A stretch of DNA of 64,000 nucleotides from Candidatus Sericytochromatia bacterium (GCA_018780035.1 JADMKE010000003.1:82753-146752), one strand, 5' to 3'; counted from the stretch's first letter, positions 18,737 to 28,824 are shown. Program-made: numbers and translations. The notes: generated from the sequence alone by a model not told the origin.

Positions 18737-19516
18737 TTAGTAGTTGAGGTGATAACTCAAATGGCCGATTGTGCCCTGTTGTCGGTCATTGGAAAGGCCT
18801 GCGCGCAAATAGGAGATTCCGTCCGACGGCCCCACTTGAACGTGTGAAACACTGCGTTGATAAGAAAGACCCACGCGGTCGTCTTGGGGCTTGTACTCTA
18901 AATCGAGATTCCAATGTTTATTGCCGCTGTAGCCAGGGCTCTGGTTGGGGCTTAAGCTGACCTTGGCCCCTGCAAAGTCCAGATCTCCGTGACCGCTGAC
19001 CAACCCCAGGCCAGACTTGAGTTTATAATCACCCAATTCGGTTTGGTGTAAAGTCAAACGGGATTTGATCTCGGTCGGAGAATACAGGGCTGCGGCCAAA
19101 GCGCCAACACCCAAACCCACGGCACGCACCGAAGTGCTGTCCCATTCACGGCTTTTCCAGGCCTCTTTTAAAGGGGTCTGGATGACTGCTTTGCCAAAAT
19201 TTTGGGCCTGTTTTTGCAAAAATGGCGAACGCAGGCCGCCAATTTCATGTTGGGGTGTTCCGCCCAAGCTGTAGTCGGGTGGATCAATTTTGAGTGCGAG
19301 CAGAGCACGGGTGTCTGAATAACGGTGGTTAAACAATTCAATGCGATCGTGATTCAAACGCAATTCAGTTGGTGCTTCAGGCTGTAAGTCAAACACGGGC
19401 GATTGGGTTTCTGCCTCTGATTGGGCCGTGGGGAGAATTTTGGCGGTGGCTGCGGTTGGCTGAGCCGGGGAAGCCCCTTCTGGCGTGTACTGAAAACCCA
19501 GACGACCGATATCCAT
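18737..19516 (-). CDS. Hypothetical protein, possibly an outer-membrane beta-barrel (aromatic C-terminus ...HLNY)
   Basis: 259 aa with alternating hydrophobic segments and a terminal Y. The N-terminus and true start are uncertain. Confidence 0.3.
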   Translation of the reverse strand: MDIGRLGFQYTPEGASPAQPTAATAKILPTAQSEAETQSPVFDLQPEAPTELRLNHDRIELFNHRYSDTRALLALKIDPPDYSLGGTPQHEIGGLRSPFLQKQAQNFGKAVIQTPLKEAWKSREWDSTSVRAVGLGVGALAAALYSPTEIKSRLTLHQTELGDYKLKSGLGLVSGHGDLDFAGAKVSLSPNQSPGYSGNKHWNLDLEYKPQDDRVGLSYQRSVSHVQVGPSDGISYLRAGLSNDRQQGTIGHLSYHLNY

Positions 19517-19599
19517 ACCTAAAAGCTCCTTAACCGGGAATGCGCCGGAAAATTGTATTTATTGAATCATAACCTATTTTTTAGCGCATTTCCAGTTTT

Positions 19600-20085
19600 T
19601 TATTTGTTGGGATTCTCCAAAGCCAATAGCTTGGACTTGGCTTCAAGACCGTTGGCAAAACCTGTCAATTGACCGTTTGCCCCGATCACGCGGTGGCAGG
19701 GCAAGACAATCGACAGCGGGTTTTTGCCATTGGCCGCTCCCACGGCCCGCGCCGCTTTGGGCCTGCCCACACGCAGGGCCAATTCCCCGTACGACAAGGT
19801 CTGACCATAGGGAATGGTCGCAAGGGTTCTCCAAACTTCCAGTTGAAATGCGCTGCCGACAGGATCCAGGGGCAGATCAAAGGTTGTGATTTCCCCTTTA
19901 AAATAGGCGTTTAATTGTTTTGCTGCGGCTTTGAGCACCGGATGATCGGGCTTTTCGGGCCCCAGCTCAATCGGTACCCTGCCGGGTTTTTCATTTTCCC
20001 AGAGAACCGCTTTTAGGGCTGTCTCTGAAGCCACCAGCGTCAATTGACCCACAGGGCTGGACATTTTAAGATAGGCGTTTGGCAT
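19600..20085 (-). CDS. ogt: Methylated-DNA-protein-cysteine methyltransferase (O6-alkylguanine-DNA alkyltransferase)
   Basis: 161 aa. Active site PCHRVIGANG and C-terminal HTH-like region LSYGELA. Located immediately downstream of adaA-alkA. Confidence 0.85.
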   Translation of the reverse strand: MPNAYLKMSSPVGQLTLVASETALKAVLWENEKPGRVPIELGPEKPDHPVLKAAAKQLNAYFKGEITTFDLPLDPVGSAFQLEVWRTLATIPYGQTLSYGELALRVGRPKAARAVGAANGKNPLSIVLPCHRVIGANGQLTGFANGLEAKSKLLALENPNK

Positions 20086-20146
20086 CGGGAATCTCCTTCA
20101 ATCATCATTTCTTTTAAATTCACATGCGACGAAAAAGGGCCGGCAA

Positions 20147-21628
20147 TCAGGGGGATTCGCGGGAGGACTCCACCCAAGCCTGTTCCCAAATTGCAATGGC
20201 AGCATAGGCCCGCCAGGGTTTGAGCTTATCGATTTCCAAGCCTGGATGGGCCTTTAACATCCGTTTGATAATCAGATCATTGGCGGGAAAAGCATCGGTG
20301 TCTCCCAAGACCCTGAGCGCGATCATTTCTGTCGTCCAGGGGCCGATACCCGGCAATTTTTGCAATTGGGCACGAAAGCGCTGGGGGTCTTGGGCCGGTG
20401 AAAGCGATAATTGTCCAGAAACCACCATTCGGGCCAGATTCTGGATGGTGTGCAAACGTTGCCGGGTCGTACCGAGTTGGAGTTCTGGTGCATTTGCCAG
20501 GGTTTCTGGCGAGGGAAAAATTTGAACAGGGTTTAACGTGCGGGGATGGAGCACGCTGGGACCATAAAGTTGAATCAGTTCAGCCAATAAATGACGGGCC
20601 CGCGCCAGCGAAACCATCTGACCCAGGATGATGGCCACTGTTGTCTCAAAGCCGTCCCAAGCCCCAGGCAAGCGCAAGCCTGACGGAGAGCCTGAATTGC
20701 TTAATTGTGTGTCTTTTAAATAGCTGCCAGCTAACAGGGGCACGCCCTCAAAGGCCTGAGCAAGCAAGAGTGGATCCGAATCCAAATCCCACATCCGGCG
20801 CAAGCGATGAACCACCAGGCTTAAAATCCGGGGGTCGGGACACATTAAGCTGAGTTGTAAACTGGCTTGGTTGGGCAGATTGTGCAATTCAAGCCAGCCA
20901 ATCTGATCCTTGAGCGAAAATACCCGTTCATAATGGTTTTCTCCAAAATACTCGGGTCCTTGCAAAGCATGGCGTTTAAAAAAACGGTAAATACCCGCCC
21001 AATCAAAAGGAGAGCGATAGGGCAGGCTCAACGTGATCAGGGAAGTGCTGTTCCTGCCTGCTTCGCTCCCCATTTTAGCCGTGCGGAAGTCAGACGGGGG
21101 GCGCGAAAAGCGCTCTTTAAACGCAGCATTAAAGCGCCGCAAAGAGCGAAAACCTGCACTCAGGGCCACAGTGGTCAACGGCAATGCGGTTTCACATACC
21201 AGTTTTCGGGCAAAATTGAGACGCAAAGTCGCAGCAATTTGTTTGGGGGTCCTGCCAAATTCAGCTTGAAACAAGCGGCGCAAATGGCGCGCAGAAATCC
21301 CCAATTGTTCGGCGTAATCGGCCTCTTGCAAAAGGGGACCACTTTCGGAAGCGATCAACTGCAAGGCCCGTATGACCAAGGGCGAATGCCCCGAACCAAC
21401 GGGGGCTCCCTCGGGGCGACAACGCAAGCAGGGTCGGTAGCCTTTTTGTTCAGCCGCAAACGCGGTCTTAAAAAATTCCACATTTTTAAACTGGGGCCGG
21501 GCCGGACAAATTGGACGGCAATAAATCCCTGTGGTTTTGACACCCACAAAAAACTTGCCGTCAAAGCGATTGTCGCGGGCCAACATGGCCTGATAATACA
21601 TTTTTGCTTGGGTTGGATTGACTTTCAT
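20147..21628 (-). CDS. alkA: AdaA-AlkA fusion: Ada Zn-binding methylphosphotriester domain + AraC HTH + DNA-3-methyladenine glycosylase II (HhH-GPD)
   Basis: 493 aa. N-terminal FFVGVKTTGIYCRPICPARP is the Ada zinc domain. AraC-type HTH follows (RHLRRLFQ ... GFRSLRRFNAAFKERF). C-terminal AlkA_N and HhH-GPD, ending in PGIGPWTTEMIALRVLG. Confidence 0.8.
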   Translation of the reverse strand: MKVNPTQAKMYYQAMLARDNRFDGKFFVGVKTTGIYCRPICPARPQFKNVEFFKTAFAAEQKGYRPCLRCRPEGAPVGSGHSPLVIRALQLIASESGPLLQEADYAEQLGISARHLRRLFQAEFGRTPKQIAATLRLNFARKLVCETALPLTTVALSAGFRSLRRFNAAFKERFSRPPSDFRTAKMGSEAGRNSTSLITLSLPYRSPFDWAGIYRFFKRHALQGPEYFGENHYERVFSLKDQIGWLELHNLPNQASLQLSLMCPDPRILSLVVHRLRRMWDLDSDPLLLAQAFEGVPLLAGSYLKDTQLSNSGSPSGLRLPGAWDGFETTVAIILGQMVSLARARHLLAELIQLYGPSVLHPRTLNPVQIFPSPETLANAPELQLGTTRQRLHTIQNLARMVVSGQLSLSPAQDPQRFRAQLQKLPGIGPWTTEMIALRVLGDTDAFPANDLIIKRMLKAHPGLEIDKLKPWRAYAAIAIWEQAWVESSRESP

Positions 21629-21729
21629 AACTTCAGTTTAAAGCTATTTGGTCAACTTGACTCGCCGTTTTCGGACAAGAACGACCCTGGGAATGCGACA
21701 CCCAGGGCCGCTCTACAAAACAATAAAAA

Positions 21730-22899
21730 TTAGACCAGCAGGGCGTCTCCATCCAAGGTCTCTTCTTCTTTGATGAGCACTTGGCTGTTCTGCTGATCGT
21801 TAAAGGTATCTTGGTAGAGATGGTCCATTGGCAGGGGCAAACGGCGCTGCAAGGTTTCTTTGATCGCCAAAGATTTGATCTCGTTGACCACACCCCGATC
21901 GTGGAAAGTGGCGATTTTGTTTAAGAAAAGCCCCAATGCCTGTTCGGGTTGGGCAAAAATTTGCTTGAGCCCTTGGATATCGATATCAACCAAATGCATT
22001 AATTTTTGCTGTTTATCCGAGAAGTCGAACAGCAATTCGGCCTCCTCGGGGCCGACAAAGGCCAAAAAGCGCTGGAAGAGAATGGCGATGACGTCAGAGT
22101 AGCCTTTGAGCATCATGCCCTCGTCTTGTTTGCCAAAGAGATCCATGCCCATGTCGATATTGTAGAGGCGATTGAGGAAGGTCTCCATGATCTCTCCCTG
22201 CAAAATCGCACCATGCTGAGGCACAATCATCAGCGGCGGGGGATCCAAGGCCCGAATGGCATCAATGGTATGCTGGATGGCTTTTTTGGAAGGCATGTAG
22301 ATTTGATGAAAGGTTTTGATGCCATCCCAATGGCCTTCTCCCGCAAAGAGACCCAAATCACCTGGGGGATTGAGTCCGCCAAAGACATCGCCCGTAAACA
22401 GGGCCCGTGCGTGGCGGTCGTAGATCGCAAAGGCCCCAACAAAGTGCGCATAAGGGGTGGGCACAAAGTCGAGCACATGGGATTTGTCGGTCGCCAAAGT
22501 GACCCGGCGTTGGTCAAATGAATGGATATTTTTATAGGTCTTTGAGGGAATCTCAAAAAAGCGAATCAAGCGCCAGGTATCTTCGGTGCAAAGGCAGAGA
22601 GAACGGGGATTCATTTTACTGATAAAAGTGGAGTTCATCCCTACATCAGGGTCTTGGTGGTTGATGGAATACATCTGCACCTGGGTGATATCGTTGATAA
22701 TCGAACCCACTTTGCGAGAAATGGTGGGAAAAAACTCGGAGGGGCCTGGATCAATCAAAAAATTAATCGCTTTGCCGTTGGCGCGAAATCGGCGCAAAAA
22801 AACGTTGATTTGCAATAAACTATTGGGATCTCTTTGACTTACCCAAAAAATATCTGGGGAAATCTCGACTGCTTTTTCTAAATCGTGACTCATGATCAT
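21730..22899 (-). CDS. MBL-fold metallo-hydrolase-like protein (ODP/di-iron-like beta-lactamase fold, degenerate HxHxDH)
   Basis: 389 aa. NHQDPDVG sits at the position of the metallo-beta-lactamase motif, and Asp/His ligand candidates follow (TGDVFGG, HWDG, QHGA). The family call is tentative. Confidence 0.4.
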   Translation of the reverse strand: MIMSHDLEKAVEISPDIFWVSQRDPNSLLQINVFLRRFRANGKAINFLIDPGPSEFFPTISRKVGSIINDITQVQMYSINHQDPDVGMNSTFISKMNPRSLCLCTEDTWRLIRFFEIPSKTYKNIHSFDQRRVTLATDKSHVLDFVPTPYAHFVGAFAIYDRHARALFTGDVFGGLNPPGDLGLFAGEGHWDGIKTFHQIYMPSKKAIQHTIDAIRALDPPPLMIVPQHGAILQGEIMETFLNRLYNIDMGMDLFGKQDEGMMLKGYSDVIAILFQRFLAFVGPEEAELLFDFSDKQQKLMHLVDIDIQGLKQIFAQPEQALGLFLNKIATFHDRGVVNEIKSLAIKETLQRRLPLPMDHLYQDTFNDQQNSQVLIKEEETLDGDALLV

Positions 22900-23103
22900 T
22901 GCCTCTGTCTCTGTAGATTGATACTGTCAGTGTTTCGATTTCAATAACCCAAATACCAAAAATCTAATTGTTTTTTGTATTGGTAAGGTGGCTCATTATC
23001 ATTTTCGCACTGAAAAGCGGGCTCTCCCTTGATATGTGTGAAGACAAAACTTGATTTATGTCAATTTTAATTTAAACACAAAATTTTATAGACCGCATTA
23101 AAT

Positions 23104-23841
23104 TTGTTACTTCGATCACACCCTCGTTCCACTCAAAAGAGACACAATAAGGATATGAAGTGTATTTCTCTGGGTTTAATTTTTTCTATTTTGGCGCTGA
23201 CTGGTTGTAAAACGGCACTACAACCAGCTTCTCAGGCCTGGGATGAACCCAAACCCCAGCTTTTTTACCAAGCCAAAGCCCCTAAAAAATCCGTCCCAGT
23301 CAAACAAGCTTTGACACCTCCGGCCCCCAAAACGAGCAAGACCAGTCTGAACAAGCAATGGCGTGTAGAGCCCCCTGCTTTAAATACCGGCGCACAGATC
23401 TTGGAATTGCCTGTCAAACCGGGAGACCAAATGCCTCAGGGTTTGTTTGAGTGGCCAACGGGTCTGAGCCGGGATGCCCAGGTGATCGAGCTGGCACGGC
23501 AGTATTTGGGTGTGCCTTATAAATATGGGGGAGAGACCCCGCAAGAGGGCTTCGATTGCTCTGGATTGGTGCAATATGTCTTCTCTTTGCGCGGCGTGGC
23601 CCTGACCCGTCTGGCCAATGAGCAGTTTTTGCAAGGCCAATTTGTGAGCAAAGCCGAATTGCAGCCCGGAGATCTGGTCTTTTTTAATATCTCAGGCAAA
23701 GGGGTCGATCACGTCGGTATTTATGCGGGCGAAGCCCAGTTTATCCACGCTCCCCGCACGGGAAGAGTGGTTTCTTACGACCGGCTCGACTCTCCTTATT
23801 TTACCCGCTACTACCAAGGGGCCCGCCGCGTGATCACATAA
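23104..23841 (+). CDS. NlpC/P60-family (C40) peptidoglycan endopeptidase lipoprotein
   Basis: 245 aa. Lipobox LALTGC, catalytic Cys in GFDCSGLVQYVF, His in DHVGIY, then IHAP. Confidence 0.85.
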   Translation: MLLRSHPRSTQKRHNKDMKCISLGLIFSILALTGCKTALQPASQAWDEPKPQLFYQAKAPKKSVPVKQALTPPAPKTSKTSLNKQWRVEPPALNTGAQILELPVKPGDQMPQGLFEWPTGLSRDAQVIELARQYLGVPYKYGGETPQEGFDCSGLVQYVFSLRGVALTRLANEQFLQGQFVSKAELQPGDLVFFNISGKGVDHVGIYAGEAQFIHAPRTGRVVSYDRLDSPYFTRYYQGARRVIT

Positions 23842-23864
23842 ATGACAAGTGCCTGGGTCCATAA

Positions 23865-23900
23865 AAAAAGCGCCTTTGCACATTCGCAAAGGCGCTTTAA
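23865..23900. terminator. Bidirectional rho-independent terminator: AAAGCGCCTTTGC-acattc-GCAAAGGCGCTTT flanked by A- and T-runs
   Basis: A perfect 13-bp stem between the convergent genes ending at 23841 (+) and 23912 (-). Confidence 0.7.
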
Positions 23901-23911
23901 TCTAGAGATCT

Positions 23912-24424
23912 TTAGTCGAGTTTAAAGTTAAAATCTTTAAACGAAGACAGGGGATCAACGACAACTTTATTGCCATCAGCATCTTCTGCTCCACTATAAC
24001 CAATGCCAATGGCGAAACTCATGGTGGCTTCTTTGGATTTGACTTCAGAATCATCATAGACGCTGTTGCCATTGGTATCGTTAAAGGCAAAAATTTTCAG
24101 AAATGCGCCATGGGCTTTTTGGGGGGCTTTGGGCAGGGCAAAATTATAAGCGCCATCTTTGACGGGAGCCACAACCAAGGTAATATCTGTATCAATGGTT
24201 TGGTTTTCTGCGTCAATTTTATTGCCTGAGACATTTGTAAATGCGCCAAAGACAGCAATTTTGGTGCTGGATCCGACTTTGCTGCCTGTCACTTTGCCAG
24301 AAATCGCCTTGTCTCCTTCAACAGTTTTGCCTGTGGATGTTTGCGTCAGGGGGGCACTCGGGCCGCAGGCCACAAGGGCAGTGGTCATCAGGGCCAGGAG
24401 GGCCAGAGATTTCTTGAATTGCAT
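23912..24424 (-). CDS. Hypothetical lipoprotein
   Basis: 170 aa. Signal plus lipobox LVACG; Gly/Ser/Thr/Lys-rich, beta-strand-like. Confidence 0.5.
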   Translation of the reverse strand: MQFKKSLALLALMTTALVACGPSAPLTQTSTGKTVEGDKAISGKVTGSKVGSSTKIAVFGAFTNVSGNKIDAENQTIDTDITLVVAPVKDGAYNFALPKAPQKAHGAFLKIFAFNDTNGNSVYDDSEVKSKEATMSFAIGIGYSGAEDADGNKVVVDPLSSFKDFNFKLD

Positions 24425-24511
24425 AAAATAGTCATACCTCGTTTTTTTTCAATTGTATCGTTGCTGAGAGCGGATGCACAGTCGGAAGACGCAATTTATG
24501 CCAAAAAGGTT

Positions 24512-25684
24512 TCAGCGGGGCCGTTTTGATGAGACTTTGCGCCCGGATTCCCCCAACCAAATTCCCGATTTGCGCCAGCGTTGTGTGGGGATGGGGGCCA
24601 TCTCTTGAAATTGGCCCTGTTGATTGGCTTGCCAGAAATGTAGGTAATCTTCTGGCAATTTGGCCTGGGGGGCGTGTAAATAAGCCGCTTTTGTGGGGAT
24701 ACTCAAACGGTTGAGTATTTTGGGTAAGGCGCGCGTCTCTTCGGCCTGATAGGCCTGAAACAGGGCTTTGGTGCTGAGATAGGCCAGAATGGCTCGGGTC
24801 GAGGGATCGCCAAATTTGCGTTTGTAGCGATCCCAAAAATCAGCGGGATAATCCACACGCGGATAGAGGGCGACCACATTGCCGACATTGCTTTTCCCGG
24901 CCTGCCTGACAAATTCGCGATTGAATAATTCTTGGGGGCCTGCCAAAACCAATTTGAGCTTTTGATTGGAAAGTACCTCTGCCCATTGGGCAGCCAGGGG
25001 ATAATTGCCACAATAAATAATGCCTTCACTGCCTGCCGCCAAGAGGGCATCCAGATTTTCAGCCACAGGTTCTGCACTGGCGCGATTTTCCCAAACGGGC
25101 TCCAACCCCTGAAAACGCAAGTGACGCCGCACTTCTTTGCGCAAGGTCTGCCCGTATAGCCCTGCGTCATGGACCAATGCCAGGCGGCGATAGCCTGAAT
25201 CAACCATAAATTGCACCAAACGTTGGGCCTCTTGTGAGGGGTTGGCCAAGTTCTGACGCGTCAAATTGGCAGAAGCCGGATCACTCATCAAGGGACTGCT
25301 GGGACTGAGCACCATGATCTTTTCTTGGGTATAGAGCGGTACCACGATCCGACTAATCTCAGGTTCTAAAGCGACAAAAACAGCGGCAGGTCTTTCACTG
25401 ATTAACTCACCGGCAATTTTTTGGGCCTGCTCCAAAAGCCCCTGATCATCGCGAATGCTCATGGAGACGCCCCGCCCATCAATGCCACCCGCTTGATTCA
25501 ATTCTTCGACAGCCAACATTACTCCATTGACGATGCTCTGTCCCTGTTGCGAGCGAGGCCCCGTTAGGGGGACAGCCACAGCCACTTTCAGACCATCTCC
25601 AGAATCAGGGCAGCCCGAAAGCAGACCCAAGCTGAGCCAGAGCGAACAAAAACGGAAAAGAAGTTTCAAAGATTTAGACTGCAC
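24512..25684 (-). CDS. Periplasmic binding protein type 1 (LivK/branched-chain amino acid binding-like) lipoprotein
   Basis: LKVAVAVPLTGPRSQQGQSIVNGVMLAVEELNQAGGIDGRGV is a LivK-like N-terminus, preceded by lipobox LLSGC. The ORF track extends to 25810, but that would overlap the kinase gene. A GTG start at 25684 lies 7 nt after the kinase stop and is more likely. Confidence 0.6.
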   Translation of the reverse strand: MQSKSLKLLFRFCSLWLSLGLLSGCPDSGDGLKVAVAVPLTGPRSQQGQSIVNGVMLAVEELNQAGGIDGRGVSMSIRDDQGLLEQAQKIAGELISERPAAVFVALEPEISRIVVPLYTQEKIMVLSPSSPLMSDPASANLTRQNLANPSQEAQRLVQFMVDSGYRRLALVHDAGLYGQTLRKEVRRHLRFQGLEPVWENRASAEPVAENLDALLAAGSEGIIYCGNYPLAAQWAEVLSNQKLKLVLAGPQELFNREFVRQAGKSNVGNVVALYPRVDYPADFWDRYKRKFGDPSTRAILAYLSTKALFQAYQAEETRALPKILNRLSIPTKAAYLHAPQAKLPEDYLHFWQANQQGQFQEMAPIPTQRWRKSGIWLGESGRKVSSKRPR

Positions 25685-27755
25685 TTTTGCGTTTGTTGAC
25701 CGGTTTGGCAAAGAGCAAGATGGTCTTTGGGTTTGGGGTTGCCGGTTCGGCCTGAATCGGTTGGTTTGAGGCATTTGGACGTGGACGTATCCTTTTGCGC
25801 TCGCTGCCAAGACGGCCCTTGAGGAATTGAAGATCTTGCAAGACCTGTTGTTCCATGCCTGAGGTCAGGGTCGCAGTACAGCTCAGACATTGCTCCAAGG
25901 CCTGTTGTGCTTCTGCTTCTTTGCCCTGTTCGAAATAACCTCGGGCCATCAAAAAATAGACCACGGCTTCGCCGCTGCCCACAGGTAATTGAGAAATATA
26001 CATCAGGGTTTTAATCGCCTCTTCGAGTCGCAGTGCCTCGCGATAGGCAAAAGCCAAATAGAGGTAGGCATCCATTTGCTCTGGTTTACACAAAATGGCG
26101 TGTTTATACATTTCAATTGAAGCTGCCTGCAGATTCAGGCGACCATAGACAAATCCCAAGAGTCGGTAGCTGATTTCCCATTCGGGTGCATGAATCCAAT
26201 TGATCTCGTTTAAGAGTGCTTCAAGTAAATGTCGGGCCTGGGCCAGTTCACCCAAATGGTAATAGAGATTGGCCAGGTTGTGGCGGGTTTCGAATGAGCC
26301 CGGAAAATCTTGGTTGAGTTGCTGATAAAGGCGCAGGGCTTCGTGATAATAGCCCAACTCATGGTACAGCGATGCCAGATGATAAACTGTGTCAAAGGTC
26401 TGGGGCTGAAGCTCATAGGCCTTGCGGTAATGGTCGAGCGCCGCTTCTTTTTGACCTTCGAGATAATAGAGATTGCCCGCTTCAGTAAAAGGGGGTTCCC
26501 AAGTCTGGTCGAGTTGGATCAGGTTTTGAAATTGGGCCAGGGCCTCGTAACGCCGATTGAGCAATTGCAATAAACAGCCCATTTCAAAGGGATAAAGCAA
26601 ATTATTGGGGTCGAGTTGGTGGGCCTGCTCGACCAAGGAAAAAGCCGCTTCGATGAAGCCTTCGGCCTTTTCGATTTTGCAAAGAGCAAAATAAACGGCG
26701 GGATCGCGTTCTTGCAATTCGAGAATCCGCTCATAACAACGCCTTGCACGGGCCCACTGGGCCTGTTCTTGGTAAATTTGTCCCAACATTTTAAGCGAGG
26801 GCAGGTGGTAGCCGTTTTTTTGCAAAGCCAGCAGACAATACTCGCGACCGGCGTCCGCTTCTTGGTATTTTTCCAGGCGCAGACAGCCTTCCGCATAATA
26901 AATATCGGCATTTTCAAGCAGTTTTTCGATCTCTTGTGCCAGTTTGCGTGCTGTGGGAATGCGGTAATCCCGGTCTTTTTGTAAACTGTGGTACACCAAT
27001 TCTTCTAAACAGGGGGGTACCCAGGGATTGGCACTGCGAATGCGGGGCGGCGACTGGGTGAGCAGGTTTTGAACCAAGTCATTGAGTTCATCGCCTTCAA
27101 AGGGCAATTGGCCAGTCAAGAGCCGGTAAAAGACCACCCCCGTCGAAAAAAGGTCGGTGCGGTAATCCAAATCGGCATCACCCATAATTTGTTCGGGTGA
27201 CATATATGCCAATGACCCTTGCAACATGCGGGTTTGGGTCAGGCTTGGGGCAAAGACCTGACGGGCACAGCCAAAATCTGTCAGAAAAATCTGTTTTTGA
27301 TCATTGATCAGAATGTTTTCGGGTTTGATATCTCTGTGAATCACACCCTGATCGTGTAGATAGTGTAAGGCCTGACAGAGCTGTTGAATCAGAATCAGGG
27401 TTTCGAGCAGGGAGAGAGCGTGTTGGCTCTGCAGCAGGGTTTCAAGACTGGGGAAGGGTTTGTATTCCGTTACCAGACAAGGAAAACCTTCAAGGTCAAA
27501 GACATCCAAGGCGGGAACAATTCGGGGATGGCTGAGAAAATGGTGAATTTCACATTCGCGTCGAAAGCGCAGCAATTGCTCTTCGAAACTCAAATTGGTA
27601 CGGGAATCTGGCTGAAAGAGCTTGAGATGGACTTTTAATCCATGGGTATCACGCCCCAGAAAGAGGCGACTGCCTGAACGGGCAGGCAACTCAGCCAAGA
27701 TGGAATAATCTTTGATCATCCATCCCGTTGTGGTGCAAATAATTGGTTCCTGCAT
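25674..27755 (-). CDS. Serine/threonine protein kinase with C-terminal TPR repeat array
   Basis: 693 aa. Kinase motifs HRDIKPENILI, DFGCAR and AYMSPEQ, followed by multiple TPR-like repeats. Confidence 0.85.
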   Translation of the reverse strand: MQEPIICTTTGWMIKDYSILAELPARSGSRLFLGRDTHGLKVHLKLFQPDSRTNLSFEEQLLRFRRECEIHHFLSHPRIVPALDVFDLEGFPCLVTEYKPFPSLETLLQSQHALSLLETLILIQQLCQALHYLHDQGVIHRDIKPENILINDQKQIFLTDFGCARQVFAPSLTQTRMLQGSLAYMSPEQIMGDADLDYRTDLFSTGVVFYRLLTGQLPFEGDELNDLVQNLLTQSPPRIRSANPWVPPCLEELVYHSLQKDRDYRIPTARKLAQEIEKLLENADIYYAEGCLRLEKYQEADAGREYCLLALQKNGYHLPSLKMLGQIYQEQAQWARARRCYERILELQERDPAVYFALCKIEKAEGFIEAAFSLVEQAHQLDPNNLLYPFEMGCLLQLLNRRYEALAQFQNLIQLDQTWEPPFTEAGNLYYLEGQKEAALDHYRKAYELQPQTFDTVYHLASLYHELGYYHEALRLYQQLNQDFPGSFETRHNLANLYYHLGELAQARHLLEALLNEINWIHAPEWEISYRLLGFVYGRLNLQAASIEMYKHAILCKPEQMDAYLYLAFAYREALRLEEAIKTLMYISQLPVGSGEAVVYFLMARGYFEQGKEAEAQQALEQCLSCTATLTSGMEQQVLQDLQFLKGRLGSERKRIRPRPNASNQPIQAEPATPNPKTILLFAKPVNKRKSAV

Positions 27756-27894
27756 TCTGTTTCCGGGTCAAGCTATAACTGAAAAGGGGTCATTCCGCTG
27801 CTGCGAACCCAGCATAACATAGTTGGAGATCTGAGAATATAGCAAACGACACAATTGAAGTGACAGTTTGGAAATTTATCGATAAGGTAAGAAA

Positions 27895-28824
27895 TCATGG
27901 CTTCAATTGCGTCAAAATCCGCTCAGCTTGTTGGTGTAAAAGCGCCAATTCATCGCCATCTGCCCCTTGTGGTTGAAAGCGCAGATGATCGCAGTGGTGC
28001 AAATAAATTTCTAACTCATCCAGGAGGGCCTCAGCGACGCCCTGTGCTTTTAGCCAATTGACGATTTCTTGGCTGGTCAGCCCGCTGGGCAAATTTGCAT
28101 AATGCTGTCCCAATTCAATCCGAAACGCATTCCGCAAGGCTTCGAGCGAGTCAGGTACGGGCAAAATTGCATTTGCTTTCATGGCTGAAGCTGCCGGTGG
28201 ACTTGTCTCAACCGTAATGGTGACCCTTTCAAGCGGCTCATCTTTTTGTGCTTGATTTTGTCCCTGTTTATCTTGCGTCTTGACTTTTGGGCTGGATTTT
28301 CGGCGCAAAAGCCAAAGGCCAACAGCGAACACGGGCAAAATTCCAAACAGCAAAACCCAAAACCAGTTGCCCCCGCCTTGATCGGGTGGTGACTGAACCT
28401 TGAGGGTCAATTCATCTGAAAGCAAGACTTTGTCTTGATCATAACCCATGCTCAAAGGGGGGATTGGAAAATTACCTGTTTGCGTGGCAACCAGAATAAA
28501 GTGGTAGCGCAACAAAACCCGCACCTGATTGTTCTGGGTTGAAATATTCTGGCCGACCTGGCTTGAGAGCAGACTTAAACCCGGAATAATGGGAAACTCC
28601 GGGTTGGGGGTTTGTAACGTGGTCTGTGTGGCAGACATATCTTCAATTCGGTCGATGCGCAAATGCACCTGTTCCCCCACCTGGGCTGGGTTGGGTGAAA
28701 GTGTGGTTTTGAGCAGCACCTTAGCGCTGGCGGGCAATGCCACCAGCACCAGCACCAAAGCCAGAATCAGGGCGTTGAGGCCCTGAATCAGGAAACGCCT
28801 TTGCCTGCGACGCGTCGGATCCAT
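27895..28824 (-). CDS. Membrane-anchored hypothetical protein with BatD-like architecture
   Basis: 309 aa. N-terminal signal/TM, a central TM (WFWVLLFGILPVFAVGLWLL), and a basic patch after the TM. It overlaps the upstream ATPase gene by 37 nt. Confidence 0.3.
   Translation of the reverse strand: MDPTRRRQRRFLIQGLNALILALVLVLVALPASAKVLLKTTLSPNPAQVGEQVHLRIDRIEDMSATQTTLQTPNPEFPIIPGLSLLSSQVGQNISTQNNQVRVLLRYHFILVATQTGNFPIPPLSMGYDQDKVLLSDELTLKVQSPPDQGGGNWFWVLLFGILPVFAVGLWLLRRKSSPKVKTQDKQGQNQAQKDEPLERVTITVETSPPAASAMKANAILPVPDSLEALRNAFRIELGQHYANLPSGLTSQEIVNWLKAQGVAEALLDELEIYLHHCDHLRFQPQGADGDELALLHQQAERILTQLKP

Noticed and set aside
20867-21733. 288-aa plus-strand ORF
   Set aside because: Antisense to the adaA-alkA gene; low-complexity basic sequence with no family signal.
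24512-25810. ORF-track start at 25810 for the periplasmic binding lipoprotein (432 aa)
   Set aside because: It would overlap the kinase gene by 137 nt, and the extra N-terminal sequence is non-signal-like. A GTG at 25684 immediately before the signal/lipobox fits better.
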